This document shows positions 63,100-64,000 of a stretch of DNA of 64,000 nt, piece by piece. The DNA comes from Pseudomonadota bacterium. GTDB lineage: Bacteria; Pseudomonadota; Alphaproteobacteria; Paracaedibacterales; CAIOTO01. The stretch lies in contig JAZKDQ010000008.1 in the NCBI GenBank assembly GCA_040387495.1, forward strand, positions 1-64,000. Reading direction: 5' to 3'. Every line of letters starts with the position of its first letter. Position 1 is the stretch's first letter. Below the pieces are notes generated by a model. That model did not search any database. It had not been told where the DNA came from and worked only from the letters and a program-made list of their open reading frames with translations. The position numbers were made by a program, and so were the translations under genes.

Positions 63100-64000
63100 A
63101 TGTTGAGGGCTATTTATCGCATCTTAAAGGTTATTACCATTTGCCTTGGTGCTTTTGCGTGTGCAGTGATGGCTCTTTTATATTATTGCGGGCGTGATTT
63201 ACCTAATCATGCCTTTTTACAAAACTATAAGCCTCCAGAGGGCTCCCGTATTTACAATAGTAATAATGAACTTTATCGAGAATTCGTTTCTGAATATCGT
63301 ATTTTCGTCCCTATTCATGAAATTCCTCCTCAGCTTATAAAAGCATTTTTGGCAGCAGAAGATAAAAATTTTTATTATCACCCTGGTGTTGATGTATTTA
63401 GTTTATTTAGGGCAGTTATCCGAAATACATTGCATAGAAAATGGCACGCAAAACCTGTTGGGGCCTCTACGATTACACAACAAGTTGCAAAGAATTTTCT
63501 GGTTGGAAATGATCAATCGGTTATGCGAAAGGTTCGTGAGGCGATTATGTCTATGCGAATTGAAGGCGCTTTGTCTAAAGATCGCATTCTCGAGCTTTAC
63601 TTTAACCAAATTTACCTTGGTATGCGAAGTTATGGTGTTGCTGCTGCTGCGTATACCTATTTCCAAAAACCACTTCATGAACTAACGCTTGTTGAATGCG
63701 CTTTTTTAGCGTCTCTTCCAAAAGCACCTGCAAACTATCATCCGATTCGAGAACAAAAAAAAGCTTTAATGCGCAGAAATGCAACTTTGCGGCGTTTAGC
63801 AGAAGACGGGGAAATTACATATGAGGCTGCGCAAGAGGCGCAGAATGAGCCATTAAATGTTTCGTTACCTGAACGTTTAAATCAAATCACTTATGTAAGT
63901 GAGGAGATTCGGCGTGAACTTATGCAACGCTTTAAGGATGGTGCCGTTTACCAAGAAGGCTATTCAATTTATACCTCGCTTGATGCCAATATTCAAACAC
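63100..64000 (+). CDS. mrcA: penicillin-binding protein 1A, 5' part running off the window
   Basis: MLRAIYR...TM...DLP..AFLQNYKPP, AFLAAEDKNFYYHPGVD, GASTITQQVAKNF, ILELYFNQIYLG; absent from the ORF track because no stop lies in the window. Confidence 0.88.
   Translation, partial: MLRAIYRILKVITICLGAFACAVMALLYYCGRDLPNHAFLQNYKPPEGSRIYNSNNELYREFVSEYRIFVPIHEIPPQLIKAFLAAEDKNFYYHPGVDVFSLFRAVIRNTLHRKWHAKPVGASTITQQVAKNFLVGNDQSVMRKVREAIMSMRIEGALSKDRILELYFNQIYLGMRSYGVAAAAYTYFQKPLHELTLVECAFLASLPKAPANYHPIREQKKALMRRNATLRRLAEDGEITYEAAQEAQNEPLNVSLPERLNQITYVSEEIRRELMQRFKDGAVYQEGYSIYTSLDANIQT

Overview
This is a core-chromosome window from an AT-rich alphaproteobacterium with hallmarks of an intracellular symbiont, most consistent with a Holosporales/Caedimonadales-like lineage. 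That assignment is inferred from tandem ATP/ADP-translocase (NTT/TLC) genes, alphaproteobacterial 6S RNA and RNase P RNA, the DUF3576-leuS arrangement and tandem porins. Housekeeping genes include rpsF-rpsR-rplI, infC with an ATA start, leuS, trpS, pyrG, secG, gltA, sdhCDA, hemE, uvrC, waaA, psd-pssA, ubiE, two class A PBPs and a class II ribonucleotide reductase with tandem NrdR boxes. RNA genes are three tRNAs, ssrS and rnpB. No CRISPR array, transposase, integrase or phage gene is visible. The most notable unannotated signal is a 16-codon Trp-containing leader peptide (MILFQNKHWRWRHHAN) with a strong SD, embedded in a long hairpin directly upstream of two tandem TrpX-like amino-acid-binding proteins. 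It is a candidate Trp-sensing attenuator on a nutrient-scavenging locus with no classical terminator. Other points of interest are a diverging or decaying duplicate nucleotide translocase, a structured 5' leader on the intact translocase, a secreted PTP-like phytase, a frameshifted PhzG-like oxidase, a large AT-rich orphan ORF after leuS, a small unannotated membrane ORF and degenerate REP/RPE-like palindromes. All product calls come from motif recognition by eye; no searches were run.
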